DNA of 59,526 nt, the filler included, from Sluysia triapertura (lineage: Eukaryota): the NCBI GenBank assembly GCA_046118255.1. It is 4 parts of 4 records of this genome, joined end to end, with 100 filler letters (N's around TTAATTAATTAA, not from the genome) between each part and the next. Parts side by side here need not be neighbours in the genome. Positions count along the whole stretch, not along the records: positions 1 to 14,839 come from JBJNIA010247760.1; 3 more parts are not named here. One strand, written 5' to 3'. The notes beneath the pieces were generated by a model. It saw nothing but the letters and a program-made list of their open reading frames with translations. It made no database searches and was not told the origin of the DNA. A program made the translations under genes and the position numbers. Shown piece by piece: positions 1 to 13,700 of this stretch (position 1 is its first letter; each line of letters begins with the position of its first letter).

Positions 1-71
<71 letters not shown>
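1..71. repeat. (TTA)n microsatellite at window start
   Basis: Perfect TTA run, about 23 units. Confidence 0.95.
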
Positions 72-75
<4 letters not shown>

Positions 76-1599
76 GGGAGTGATGTCCTCAAATGTCAAC
101 ATCGCATCACCTTTCTGTTTGAGAAAATTTGTTCTGAAATTAAAAATTTATATTACGATTTTAATAAAACGATAAAAAGAAAAGAATATAAATAAAAATT
201 AAAGTGATCAAAAAAAATAAAAATTTATGTCTGGAGATACCAAAAGATTATCATATGAATTTGAATGAATAATACATTCAATATCTGAGAATATCTTACA
301 ATAGGGTGGATACTCTTTGCTATAAGTGTCGTCTGCTGAATTATTTTCGTGATATTGGTAGACGGTGTTGATGAATTATTGTAAATTAATGATAGTTTAT
401 TTGAGAGTAAATTTGGGAATTTATTGGAGAAGTAATCAAATAGAGTGGCTGGGATAAAACAAAGTTCCACTGCAGCATTATTAGTTTTTTGGTCCTAATC
501 AAATCAAATAAAGATGTCATATTAAAGAGAAACTGAAAATGGATAGAGGCTGCTTTGTTCTGACAGATAGATGAAAGAAACCAAGTTTTAGATCAAGTTA
601 GCGATTCCTCTCAATCAATCAATGTCAACCATATAATAATTTATGAATATAAAGTTAAGAGAATTCTTCCAGAAGCCACGTATATCATTTATGTCCTTAC
701 CATTTACATGTCTATTTTCGTTTAAATCATGAATGTTTTCCAAGAATTTCTTATTCCTTAATAAAGTAATCACTCACATCAAAGATTGGGGAATGTTGAA
801 ATAAAGTAAAGTTTCTGATATCTCTATGATGCAAAGAACTTAACAAAGACTTCATGATAGAAGGAATAAGAAATATAACTTATCGTACTAATGTGACAAG
901 TAAACTCGTTTGATAATTATATTTTTGTTCTAACTTTCTTTTCTTTAAAATATAATATAATTCCGACAATATAAATGACCAAACTAATTTTCAAAAAATC
1001 GCTCGATTTCTTTCGTAACTGAAAAAAATATCAGTGTTAAATTAGATTATCGGTACTTCACTGATTCACTTACAGTAAGTTTTATACAACGTTTTCTTTT
1101 TAAGGATTATAATTTTTCTCTATGTATAACACAAAATCCTTTCGTAAAATTATAACTTAATAAAATTCTTAATATTCCCTTTTAAGAGCTGATTACTTCA
1201 ATTGTATTAGTTTGTTCAACTTTTTCTTAGTTATGAAAAATTATAAAATTTACGAGTTCGCCAATGATGCACGGTTTATATTACATGAAAGACTTGCTCG
1301 CAGGATTTTTTGATTAAGAGTGCTGCACAAAAGAGTTCCTGATTACTTGAATGCAATCCCTTAATTGTTAATATTCTTACTACTTTATTAACTTTGACAA
1401 ATCCTAATGCAATGATACTTGTAATTATTCAGTTAAAGTCTACAATTTATCTATGAAATTATTTACTTAAAGAAATTAATTAACTAAAGAAAAACTTCTG
1501 AAACAAATATATATATTCTTTAAAAGTAAAAATATAAATTATACGACAGTTATAAAATATAGTTTATAAACATAAATATTCCGGATTTCTCTTGGATAA

Positions 1600-2450
1600 A
1601 ACAAGCTTTGTATTTTGAGTAGGATTTTGACTCAGGCGAATGCTTGATTTTTTGAAATAAATTAATGATTTTAAGTTGATTTTAAAGCATGTTATCTGTG
1701 CCAAGACCTTAACATACTTATTCATGGAAACGAGTAGTCTTGGTCAATTAGTAATTTCTGAATATCTTTGTTGACAATTAGTTTTTTTGTTTCAATGAAG
1801 AATTTTCCAATATCTACAAACGAGTTTGTATCCACGTAACTATTGTTGATTATTATTAATTTGTTCAGATTTTATCTAAAAACTTTTTCTGACAATTATG
1901 AAATTACGTTAAAAACGGGTCCGCCTATAATCCAAGTTTTATATCTCACGGAAGACTTAGGATTATAATATGTCAAGATTGCGAAAGATTCCTTACTATC
2001 TAACAATGGAGGGTCTTTGTATGTTTTTCATTACTATTTAGTTATGCTTTTTATAGTCGATTCAACTTTTTTATACTTCTTTAATTATATCACAATTTAA
2101 GCTTTAACTAAAAATCAAAACAAGAAAATATAATACTCGGCGTATTCTATGAAAATTTATTATATTAAATATAGGTATTTATAAGGTAGTTCAAAAATGA
2201 TACTCAAAAAGGTGAAATTTACAATAAATAATAAATAATTTATCAAATTTTAGGATTTCTCCTAATTAGGTTATAAAATGTGATTTTGAAGTGATTTTGA
2301 CCCAGGTGAATACTTTGGTATAAAATTAATTTTGATTTTGAGTGGATTTTTATACAATATATTTTTGTAAGAACCTATAATAAATAGCTTACGATTATCA
2401 ATCAGGGTTTTGTTCCAAATTATTATTCTCCAGTAACGGTATGTAAACTA
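1600..2450 (+). repeat. Interspersed repeat family A (unclassified, decayed, gene-like), with an internal duplicated segment
   Basis: 1921-2016 (cgcctataatccaag...atatctcacggaagacttag...aatggagggtct) matches 45033-45150. The gattttgacccaggtgaa motif occurs at ~1623, ~2293 and ~45374. Confidence 0.7.
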
Positions 2451-2532
2451 GTTTAAAGCTTTCCACAAAAATCGAATAATCGAATTAATAAAATAAATGG
2501 TTGAGGCACTAAGTTCCAACAGAATTGTATAG

Positions 2533-2593
2533 GTGACCAAAGAATTCCAATACGTGACCAAAGAATTCCAATACGTGACCGAAGAATTCCAAC
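2533..2593 (+). repeat. 21-bp tandem repeat x3 (gtgaccaaagaattccaatac)
   Basis: Two perfect adjacent units and one near-perfect unit, no spacers. Confidence 0.9.
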
Positions 2594-4770
2594 AGATTTA
2601 CAAAAGTCAAAACTTTTAAAAAATTACTACTGTGTTATTGTGAAAGATTGCTACAATCATAAGCTATTTATATTCTAATTTCTTTTTGTTACGTGTTAAA
2701 GAGATAAATAATTATTTTAATATTTTAAACTTTTAACATACAGATAAGAATAAATTTTAGATCTTAAAATGTAGATAATTAATTTTGAAATATTTAGTTC
2801 TTTTAAATTTTAATGATAATTTAAATAATTGTTAATTTTCTAATTTTGAACTTTATATTATTCTACTTTAAAGATAATTTTAATTATTGGTATAATCATT
2901 TAATTAATTCGAAATTATCTATAATCAATTCGGACAAAGGTTGTTTTAATAATTCATTTAATTATCTACAGGATATTATTTCTATATTAAATTCTTTTTA
3001 CTACTAATGTGATTTAGCTTGATTAGTAAGCATTAAAATCGTTCCTAAATATTAGTTAATTTAGAGTTACCTGTATAATTTATCTAAAGCTAATTTTAAA
3101 AAATTTTATTATTTTAATATTGTGAGTTATACTGCCGCTAGATATATTTGATCCTTAATCTATCATAGACCTGCGTAATTCTAAGAATTTGTTTTATTAG
3201 AATGGTCAATTTTAAAAATTTCAAAAATATTATAAACAAAAAATCTTTATGATATTATCGCTTATACATAAAGTATTTATTTTAAATTTTATTTTACGTA
3301 TGTTAAAAATAAGAAAAAACCATATCACGAGTATAATTATTGTATATAATGTAAAAATTCTTCACAGCATTTACAATAACTTTGTTTGAAGCATTTAATT
3401 AAACATTTAAATCAAAAAGTAACAATTTTGAGTTATGATCAAACATTTTTATAGGTTTTTCGTTATATTCGTACTTGTTTAAAGTATTTTCCATGAAACA
3501 TAGTTTAAAGTACCTTTTCTGATTTTGTAAAGGTCCTAAATCAATCTATACTTAATCATTTCATCTGTAATGTCTTTTCATAGGCTTCTTACGTAATGCT
3601 GTGGTTTTTCTAACACTTAACCTACGGCAAAATATTTTTGAGCAGGGTTCGGTTACGGAAGCACTTCTGTAACTAATAAGTAAAAAGATCACTTAAAAAT
3701 AACATCTCTGTCTAATAAATTAACTGAAGAGGGTCTTACAACTACTAAATTTAATTTTTAATTTAATAATTAAATAATGAAAAAAACACTAATTCGTTTA
3801 CTAAAAACTATACAAAAACTCCAAAAAGCTTAGAATAGTAAATTATGGGGGTTTAATCTGATTCTAATAAAGTTTAAGTAGAGTTTACCCCTCAGTATGT
3901 CGGGGACTTAAAAACTTTATAAATTAATGTGAAATTTAAGTTGATTTTATGATTTTAACTTCAAAAGTTAAATTCTAACTTAATAAATATATAATTTACT
4001 AAAATCTGATGGAAATTCCAAAATTTGATCGCTGAATAACTGATAATTGCTTACTAATTTCACAATTATCTTGAATGAAATCACCAAATAACTGTAAATA
4101 TCAAGATGGAGACGATAAAATGGCTATCATCATCGTCATCATCCAATGAAAATCGATGGAATGTTCTAAAATATTCTAGAACATTCTAGAAGATTCTAAT
4201 CTATTTTAGAAGCTTATTTTATATTTTAGAAATTTTATTTTCTTTTTTGGAAAATAATTGTATTTAAGTAATTTTAAAAATTAATAATTGATTTTAAGAT
4301 GTTTTTTTATATGCTTTTAATTAATTTTAAGGTGTTATTTTGATATTTTAAAATTATTTTATAGGGTTGTGATGACAACCTAACAATAATCTTTAACTCT
4401 ATCTCATTGGAAATTTAAAATACGTTCTTAAATTAAACTGGCAATAACCACAATACTAAAATAAATTGAATAATTTTGTTATTGTCATTTATTTATTTAC
4501 TTCAGAAAAGAAATATTTTCTTTTTTTATTTTATTTTAATTTTAGGAGAAACATACAAGTTTGTGGTATTTATAAGAAATAGGCAAACCGAAAAGCTAAA
4601 AGGTAACCATTTTAAAATGATTGATGTCAAAAGAAGACTAACTGCATCAATAATCAAAAGTAGAAGATTAGTTAAAATCTTTTTCATTTTTAAATCAAGA
4701 TTTTTAAAAATTATTTTAAATTTAATACTTTTAAGTAAACAAGATTTTAGAATTAAGTTTAACAAATTCA

Positions 4771-4838
<68 letters not shown>
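4771..4838. repeat. (AAT)n microsatellite
   Basis: Perfect AAT run. Similar runs at ~6791-6851, 10217-10277, 24503-24548, 27836-27890, 27961-28013 and 33002-33057. Confidence 0.95.
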
Positions 4839-4840
<2 letters not shown>

Positions 4841-6819
4841 CTGTGGTTTTAATCTAAAAATAACCTAACTAACAAATTAGAAGCGTTTAATTAGAAACGT
4901 TAATTAGAAGCGTTTTATATCTGAAAGAAGACGTTCTCATTAGATTTTTACAAGGAAAAGAAGTTATAAGCGAAACAGTTATATTTAACTTTCTGGGTGC
5001 TTATCTATACGAATATAAACTCTTTGTAGCTGTTATTATATGCAAAACAGTTATCCTAACAAATAACAACTCTTAGAAGTCAAGTTTAAAATTCATATAC
5101 GCGAAGTCAAAATCAAAATAAGTTAAGCCAGCCTTTTTACGGTCTGGCGAATTTGTGTTTAGATTTTAGAACGGTCTGATTTAAATAAAATATAGCTTAA
5201 ATTATAATAAACGGAAACCTTTATTAAACAATACTTTTATTATACAAAGTAAAAATTGAATTTACAATATAAAAAATAATATAACAATAAGCAATTTGAT
5301 ACCTTAAATTTAGAGTTTAGGTATGAAATATATGAATTTTAAAGAAGATTTTTACCTATCCAGTTACGGTGTAGGATATGATAATTGTATTTTACCTTGA
5401 TTTTAATTATTCTATCGTTAAGATTATGAATATGAAACTTACTCATAAATTTACCTTTGCATGGAAACTTATACGTGCTCTGTTTATACAAAGAATCCAA
5501 TTCCAAGAATATATGAATGAACCAAGAGTTGCATCCAAGATTGTTTTCCAAATTATTGTATTGATTTTTTCTCCAGGTTATTCTGTTGTAATTTTTCTAA
5601 AAATTTTGTACTTATTTATACTATTTCTTACTTCCTTACTTTCTGTTTTGATTTTTGTTTATATTTTAATCCATTAAAACAAATTTTGATTTTTAATTCT
5701 TTGAAACAAAAAGTTTTTTAAATTTTTATTTATAATTTAATGTTTAAAACTACTTTTTTAAATTAAATAATAATAATAATTATTATTATATTATTTATAA
5801 AATTATCAAAAGTCATATTTATAAAATAAAAGTCAAATAAAATTGAATATTCAAATTAAGCCAAAAATAAAAGTCAAATTAAAATAAATAAAATATTAAA
5901 TTAAATGTACTATTATTATTATCATTATTATTATCAATAATAATTAATATCATGGCTGACTGAATGGCTGAATGGTCCGTGCTTCCTTGCTCCCAACAAA
6001 TACTAAAGCCTTTCTAATTGTTTTTTCAATTATTATTTATCTTGATTTTTCGACCGAGTAAAATCGGCGACCTTACTTTGTAGAATAAGAAATTGTTAAA
6101 ATAAACAAAAATATATGAGTAATAACAATAAATTTTTTTAACAATATTTTTTAACAATATATAGGTAATTATAAAAATTTACTTAGATTAATATATAATC
6201 TGCAATTTTCGATTTTATTTAACAATTATCACTTCTATTAAAAAGGGATACAAAAATTTCTTAAGTAAGTTAAGTGTAAAAATTACCAACTAATTAAAAT
6301 AGCTGGTCTTATAACAATCAAACTAATGATGTTAAAAATGGAAAGAATTCGCCGGTGCTCTTGAAGATCATCAATTGAAAACTTCTCCAAGATATATTAG
6401 CTTATCCGAAGATTTGAAGAATAAATTGTAAAGAATTTACAAGCAACTTGTGCGTGTTAGATTTGAAAACAACTTGTGTGAATTTTGCAAAAATTTGACT
6501 TTATTTGTGTTTCTTAATAACCCTGACTTATAAAAATTTAGTATTTTAAAGAAAAGAAAAGTTTTTTTTAATTAGAATTTATTTTTACTTTATTCCTTTT
6601 AAAAATAACAATAATACTTTTTAATAATAATAATAATAATAATACAAAAATTAAAATTTATTAATTCATTTTATTTTTAGAAATTATTAGTAAAATTTAC
6701 ATAAAATTATTGATTTTAAACAAACTATTTTTATTGTTTACATAAATCGCATGAAACTATTTTTAGAATTTTAGAATCTGTGGTTGACAATAATAATAAT
6801 AGTAATAATAATAATAATG

Positions 6820-6851
<32 letters not shown>

Positions 6852-9631
6852 TCTGAGGATTTAATTATATGATTTAAGATTACTTCTGTAATTGTTTATC
6901 TATAGTTTTTAAATCTTGGCGCTATTATTTTTTTGATTTCAAAAATTTTCAATATTAAATTAAAACTGAATTAAGGCCAGGAAAAACCTAGTTGCTGGAT
7001 TTTAATGGGTTAATTGACCAAAATACAATACAATATCAATTTTATAACAAAAAGAATATTAATTAATCTAACAATTTTCAGGTAGTTTTTCTTGCAATTA
7101 TTTTTCCGAAATCTATTGTTTGACCTTCAATACAATCATTTAGTTCATCTTGACGATATTTGATTTAAGAAAACTTAATGCAATCTATCTATATTGAGAT
7201 TTTGTTGATTCCAGTCGTCTTAAAACAATAATAAAACTTTGAAATATTTCATTCCATATTTAATAAGTCCAACTCAAGTTTTCTCGATAATACTTCATAG
7301 TTTTTACATATCTGTTCTAATGCAGTTTTAGACTCGAAATCTAATAAAGTGCGGCATAAATACAGTGGTCTTTCTATTTGATATAATGTAAATAACATGA
7401 CTGACATATTAAATGACCATTAAATATTCTTTCATAGACATTTTTGAAGTTTTACAAGCATTTCAAAGAACAAAATTTTCATTTGAATTAAGTACTTCAT
7501 TCAAATATTAATTGTTTATAGAAAGATGATCATGTTCTAAAAGATTAATTTTATTACGATCATTTGCTTCTTCGAGTAAATTTGGTAAAAATCATTTTCA
7601 AATCAGATATATCATCAGTAAATAATAATTAATAATTGTTGTAAAAGAAAAAGCAACATTTGTAAAATTTGTAAATTTTTAATTCCTGCAAATATTTTAA
7701 TATTTGTGTAATTTAATAAAATATAATATACATTATTTCAGTTTTTACATTTTAATTTTATTTTAGTTTTTAAATCTAAAAATTAAATCTTAAAAAAGTG
7801 TTTTAAGAAATACTTTATGATATGTTTTATGGTATTTTTATTTTCATTTTATCTATAATTTATGATATCTTTACGATCCTACATCATGGAAAAAAATGTT
7901 TTTATGGCTTTATATCAAAAAAATAAAATATTTATGTACAAACGTAAAAACATATAAGTAGAACGCATACGACACATTACACAAGATGCAGTTCTTGATA
8001 CACAATACGTTACAATAGACTGCACGCGAATTATCTTTGGAAAGATTTTCGATTATAATTATTGGTACTGGCAAAATATAATTTGAATTTAGAATTGGAT
8101 AATCAATTATAATATTATATTTCAAGGAAATTCAGTGGCAGGATTATCTTATACCAAACAATTTTTCCAAGATATACATGAAGTCGTAAGTTATTTTTGT
8201 TAAGGTTTTAACTATGATATTTTGGTTTAAAAATCTTACGTAAATCTTTAATAATTTTGAAGTCAGGAATCAATCCTGACTTAATATCATTTTTAAAATT
8301 ATTTAATCTAAAGTTTCTTTTCAGAAGTAATTTGTTATTTTATTTATATATACTAAATATAAAGATTTGTGTTGATTATTTAATAAAAAGTAGTTCATAT
8401 TTTTTTGTTGATGTTGCAAAGTTGAATAATAAAATTAGAAGATTTGTTAAGGTATTAAACTAAGGGCTAGAGTGATAATCAAACCATATTGAATTAACAA
8501 AAGTAAATTACAGATTTCAAACGTTAAAGTAACAATTTACAATTAATATATTTGATATTGAATAAGTTATACTTTGCTTCGTGTAAGGACCCTCTTTAGG
8601 TAGTATACTGATATTTACCTTACCGTGTCTTCCATAGGGATATCAATCACACTACATAAGTGAAAATGCCCTTATACCAGTCCTTCTCTCACTATTGCCA
8701 TCATTATTATAATAAATGTCATTATTACCATTAATATTATCAATAATCACATTTTTAACTATTATTGTTATTATTATTACTATTATTAATTTTATTCATA
8801 TTATTTATTTAATATTAGATCAGAACTTGACAGATGATTTCAACTAACCTGAAAAGTATCTTAAAATTTCAAATATTTTATGCTTTTATTTAAGCATTTA
8901 AGAAAAATTTTTTAAATTATTGACCTTGAAAAACATAATTAACTTAATTAAGTAATCAGTTTCCATCGGTATTTGGTTCCGATAATGTTATTTCAATATG
9001 GTTATCAGTTTCTTTCATTTTTGGTATATAATTATTCCTGGAACCCTAACAATGTTGATATCGGCTTTCGATAAACAAAAGTTCAGAATAAAAGAAAATA
9101 TTTTACTACCGCATTACTGTTGCGATTCATCGAATTACATTAGTGGTACTAACAATGTTACACTAGCTAGAGTACCGGTGATTTATTCAGATGCAATTAG
9201 ATCCAATTCTTTGAAAGAGATGAATTATTCAGCCCCACTAAGATCAAAATTATCAAGTTTATCAAAACGGGAGTAGTCCAAATAAGCCTAAACATTTAAC
9301 AAATGTTCAACAGTCTTCTGAAGAATTTAAATGCGAATAAATTCAAGATTATGATTTAAAATGGATATTGGCTCTAAATGAAAAATCAAATACAATTGAA
9401 ATTGATGAAACTGTGAACAATAAAGGAAATAAAAATTAAAAATTTCAGTGTCATTCTCGAAGTAAAAGTAGAAAATGATAAACTTAAAACAGAGCTCATT
9501 AATAATAATAATTTTATTTCATATGAATCAAGCCAATATGACTGACAATTAGATTATAGATTAATCTAATCGTAATCAAAGTAGATTTTAATTGGCTATC
9601 CCGAATCCAATTCACATTTTTTGGCCATTCA

Positions 9632-9900
9632 TGTTATGTATTAGTGATGATTGTGTGTATGTGGAAGAATGAAAGGCCAGTACACGTCCATGTATTACGT
9701 ATTAGTTAAAAGGTACAAAATTAAAAAAGCGATAATTAGACTCGCTAGATTAATAAATTTATTGGCGATAACAATAAATTTATCATAGCAATAAAAAGCT
9801 ACAGAGAGTATAAGTATTAGCATGAGTGCACGTATTATTTATTAAAGCCAATAAAAATTATATTACGCACAAATAAAAAGAGAAACAACTTGGTGGACAG
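9632..9900 (+). mobile_element. Possible LTR followed by a primer-binding-site-like TGG
   Basis: TGTT at 9632 and AACA ending 9887, internal AATAAA, then TGGTGG at 9891. No second LTR or gag/pol seen. Confidence 0.3.
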
Positions 9901-10215
9901 AAAATAAACTAAACTAAAAGAAAAAAAATTTGATAAAAACCAGCTAAAAAATTCAAAACGAGAAAATTGAACAAACTCAGCAATGAGGGCTATGCAAATG
10001 CTACTCAGTCAACGCATATACACCTGACAAATCCAAGTTCAGTGATGTTTATAACGATGAACTAGAAAGAATCAGTCCAGAAATGACTATAGATATAAAG
10101 TAAAACTTATTGTTTACTATGTGCTCTCGTTTATTCTCTTATTTGTTATGCAAATAAAATATTTGTTTTACTTATTGTCTTTTTCTTAAAAGGAAATTCA
10201 TCCTTTAAACTTCCT

Positions 10216-10278
<63 letters not shown>

Positions 10279-10479
10279 TAATATTAATAATAATAGTAAT
10301 AATGACAGTTATAATAATAACTAACATGTAATAACGAACTTATAGTAAAAGTCAAAATAATAGCCATAAAACGTCCAAACCAAAGAAAGGGAAAATACAC
10401 ATCTGTAATAAAATATCAAATAAACAATAGCAACAGTCAACAAAATTTAATTTATTATAATCAGAAATATAAAACAAAT

Positions 10480-11250
10480 TTTGAGTCTCTGATCATCTTT
10501 TATTTCCCCTGGGAAAATACGTATTTCTTGATGATGGGGAAATGCTAGAGGTTTTTGTAAAAAATTATTTTCCTTCAATAAAAATATAAACCAAGTATCA
10601 ATTATTTTTTATTCACCGAGAATGTCAGATTCCGTTCCTTCTGATTCCGTTACAGATGTAGGAACAATTTCATTCTGAACCAGAATTAAAAACTTGGATC
10701 CAACTTTCGGGTCCTTTCCAAAGTTTAGCTCCTCGAAAGCACCGACTGCGAATCTGGCAATGATTCACATAGGTTGGATAGTATTTTGTTCGCAGAAAGT
10801 GGAACATTTTAAACTAACTTTTTGCATTTCTGATCTTAGCTTTATAAAATGGTCTCCCGTTGATAAATCGCTTATATTTTGCACGAAATCGTGGTTAGCA
10901 TCCATAATAATAATAATAATCCCAAGAAACGCGTTGAATTCGACATAATCCAGTGTTTGTATATCTCCGTTCATATGTCGGTTAGTGCAGCAAACAATAT
11001 TTTTAACCATTGACACTCTCATAAATTTGCCAAATGATTCAATAATTGACTCGCATCTTCCTTCTCATGGCATTTTGTCTATATCTTCTGCAGTATTGTC
11101 AGTCTGATTTCGCTATTACCAGATCGCTTACCATTTTATCCTTATTGTTTATCTTCATCATTGTCTGTCTGAATTCATATCAATTTCATTTTCTTTGTTT
11201 ATATCGTCTTAACTGTAGCCAATTATATCCTCATCCATATTGTGGAATAA
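10480..11250 (-). mobile_element. Degraded piggyBac-family transposase
   Basis: Minus-strand fragments ESFGKFMRVSMVKNIVCCTN, EFNAFLGIIIIM, DSQSV-FRG (cf. DEQLVPFRG), PKVGSKF (cf. PAKYGIKF) and SYICNG lie in piggyBac order, with frameshifts and deletions. Confidence 0.75.
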
Positions 11251-11579
11251 AGTAGATTCATTTATATTTTTTGAATAAAATAATTCTGATGTAGAAGGTT
11301 TAAAGTAAAAGGCAAGATCACTAATTACAATATGTAAAAGTATTACTTTTATCTCGTTCCATGAATTTGAGGCTAATTCTAATTTATTGGTCTTTTTTGA
11401 GGTTTAAAAATCCAACAAAACTTGTGAACAATAAAAAAACAAACAAGGAACCCTTATATGTTATTATAAAATAAAATAAATGAAATAAAAATCAAAATAT
11501 TTTACCACGAAGAGGCACCTTCAACCGCTGGCAATCTATTTTTTTTTAAATTATGTATTGAATTGCAAAATTTTTCGAC

Positions 11580-12400
11580 AATTCCTTTTATACTTTCTCT
11601 TAGACAGACCATTGGAACCTCCTTTGAGGATTAAACCAACAATAGCAACTTTGACAATTATGTGGCGTATCAGACTTTATTAGGTACATACATAAAAATT
11701 CGCTATTTTATTTTAACCAGTATATCAATAAAATAAGGAATTAATGAAATACATGGATCTTCAAAGTATTATTACAAGATTACTCACCACAAATTCCAAG
11801 AAACACGGACTTGAAAATAGTTGTAAATTGTAAACATAAAACTTGTGCAGTAAATTATGAACTATTTCCTTTTTCTTATTATCCAATCACTCTTTGGCTT
11901 TAAAATCAAGCAATACAAATCATTTGAACCTCCTTTGAGGATTAGACCAACAATAACAACTTTGACAATTATGTGGCGTATCAGACTCTCAATCCTATTT
12001 CTTCTTCTTTATGTTAATTATTAATGTGTCAAATTTATCTTTAAAATTAATTACAATGATTTTATTTCACAAATATTTTAAAAACTTCAAATACTTTACA
12101 AGGTTACTCAAAGTCTTAAACGCTTCTCAAGCTTTTGAAAGATCTTTAAATGTTTATAAGATCTTAAATGCTCTAAAGATACACAAGTTCAAGGATATCT
12201 TAATGTTCCAAAACCAAGCTTCCTCAACTTTTTCATGGTTCTTTGGACGTCTTCAATTCTCATCTTCATCATTCTCACTCCAACAATGTTTTCTTTTGTA
12301 TCATTTTGTATCCATTTTTCCTGCATTTTTCAATTCCACTTCTTTTCTATTCGTTTCATTGGATAGTCCCAAAAAATAACTTCTCCATACGTTAAATGTT
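11580..12400 (-). repeat. Repeat family B copy 1, including a 67-bp direct duplication (11610-11676 and 11921-11987)
   Basis: Homologous to 13190-13700 (inverted), 30330-30594 and 47780-48980. Shared core atgattttatttctcaaatattttaaa. Confidence 0.85.
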
Positions 12401-13189
12401 CCATTTGCTCTATCAGGTATTGATATTGATAGAATATATAATTTTAGAATTTTATCCACCAACACCTGTGATGAGACAACACTGTCAAGTTTAATAAAAT
12501 AATTACTTACTCTTCTCAAAAATCATTCCATTTTATTTTTATTTCAATTTTATTCGAATTCTTTTATTCGAAAATTTAATGTTTTAATTATTATTATTAC
12601 CAATGTTTATAATACTATTTTATTTGTTTATGTAAGAGTAGCTTTGTTTGTCTTTTTAATTTAAATTTTTCGTAGAAAATAACAAATGAATTAAAATGTC
12701 AAGATTGTCAAATATCAATGGAAATTGTGAAGATTTAAAAAATGTATGTTAAACGCTTCTTAGATCTTTTGCCAAAGTATTTGACTCAAAAAAAATTGAT
12801 CGTGCCAAGAAAAACTAGAATTATATTCAGATTTGAAATTACAAGAATCTGAAAAAAGCTTATCTTTCCAGCCAATTTTACAAAGGTAAAACCTTGTAAT
12901 TAAAGGTAGGCAAGTATGTAGTCAAGCAGAAGAATCAGATGCTTTTATTTAAAATTAGAAATTAATTTCAAATTGAAATCTATTCAAAATCATGCTTGAC
13001 CGATCGTTTTCATCTTTTCGGAAATCGAAAGAAATGAGAGATTTAAATTAGTTACATTTATCTACTGCTCGATTAACCAATCAAACTAATGAGTTAATAA
13101 ATTATGTACAATCAAATGAAATAAAAGTTTTATTAAATCATAATAATTTTGTTGAGATTACCGAACTGTCCAAGAAGAAATAAGTGAGA

Positions 13190-13700
13190 AAGATTCAGAA
13201 GTTAAGAATGCAGGAAAATGATTAACAAAACATGATAAAACATTGTTGGAATGAGAATGATGAAGATGAGAATTTTGAGAATTTAAGAATGCCTTGAAGT
13301 TTGAGAAGGCTTCGAAAAACTTTTTGGAGCATTAAAATACCCTTGAACTTGTGAACCTTGACACTATGTGAAACCTTATTAACCTTTAAGAATCTTCGAA
13401 ACCTTGATAAGCATTTAAAATATTTGAGAAATAAAATCATTGTTATTAATACTAAAGATACATCCAGAACTCCATGAGTGCCTTATAAAGTATTAAAATT
13501 TAGAACCTCAATAAATTAATTAATTAAAATCTTAATTAACTTAATCAAGAAAAAGTATATTTTTATGAATAATGTTTACCTCGGAAAACTATGTCAAAAG
13601 TTGTAATTGTGTATGCCTTTGTTTTAAAAAGATCTTTTGATGAAGATATATTTTGACCGAGTTCATGCGAGTTAAGCCTTAATATTGGGCAAAATCAAAA
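13190..13700 (+). repeat. Repeat family B copy 2 (opposite orientation to copy 1)
   Basis: aaacattgttggaatgagaatgatgaagatgagaatt and tttaaaatatttgagaaataaaatcattg match the reverse complement of copies 1 and 4. Confidence 0.85.

Noticed and set aside
1-71. (TTA)n at the start and (TAA)n at the end as telomere-like ends or TIRs
   Set aside because: The two ends are on different scaffolds. AAT microsatellites are everywhere here, and contigs commonly break at them.
2533-2593. CRISPR-like repeat
   Set aside because: Units are directly adjacent with no spacers, and the context is eukaryotic. It is a simple tandem repeat, as is 25136-25213.
4476-5677. ORFs 4476-4775, 4526-4771 and 5378-5677, and similar F/I/L/K-rich ORFs (23998, 33367, 56498, 57262, 57333)
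   Set aside because: Low-complexity products of AT-rich DNA or antisense shadows, with no domains.
12011-12379. Plus-strand K/L/F-rich ORFs of family B (also 48529-48978 and 13222-13440) as a secreted or antimicrobial peptide family
   Set aside because: The copies differ by frameshifting indels, substitutions are spread across all codon positions, and the composition resembles antisense shadow ORFs.
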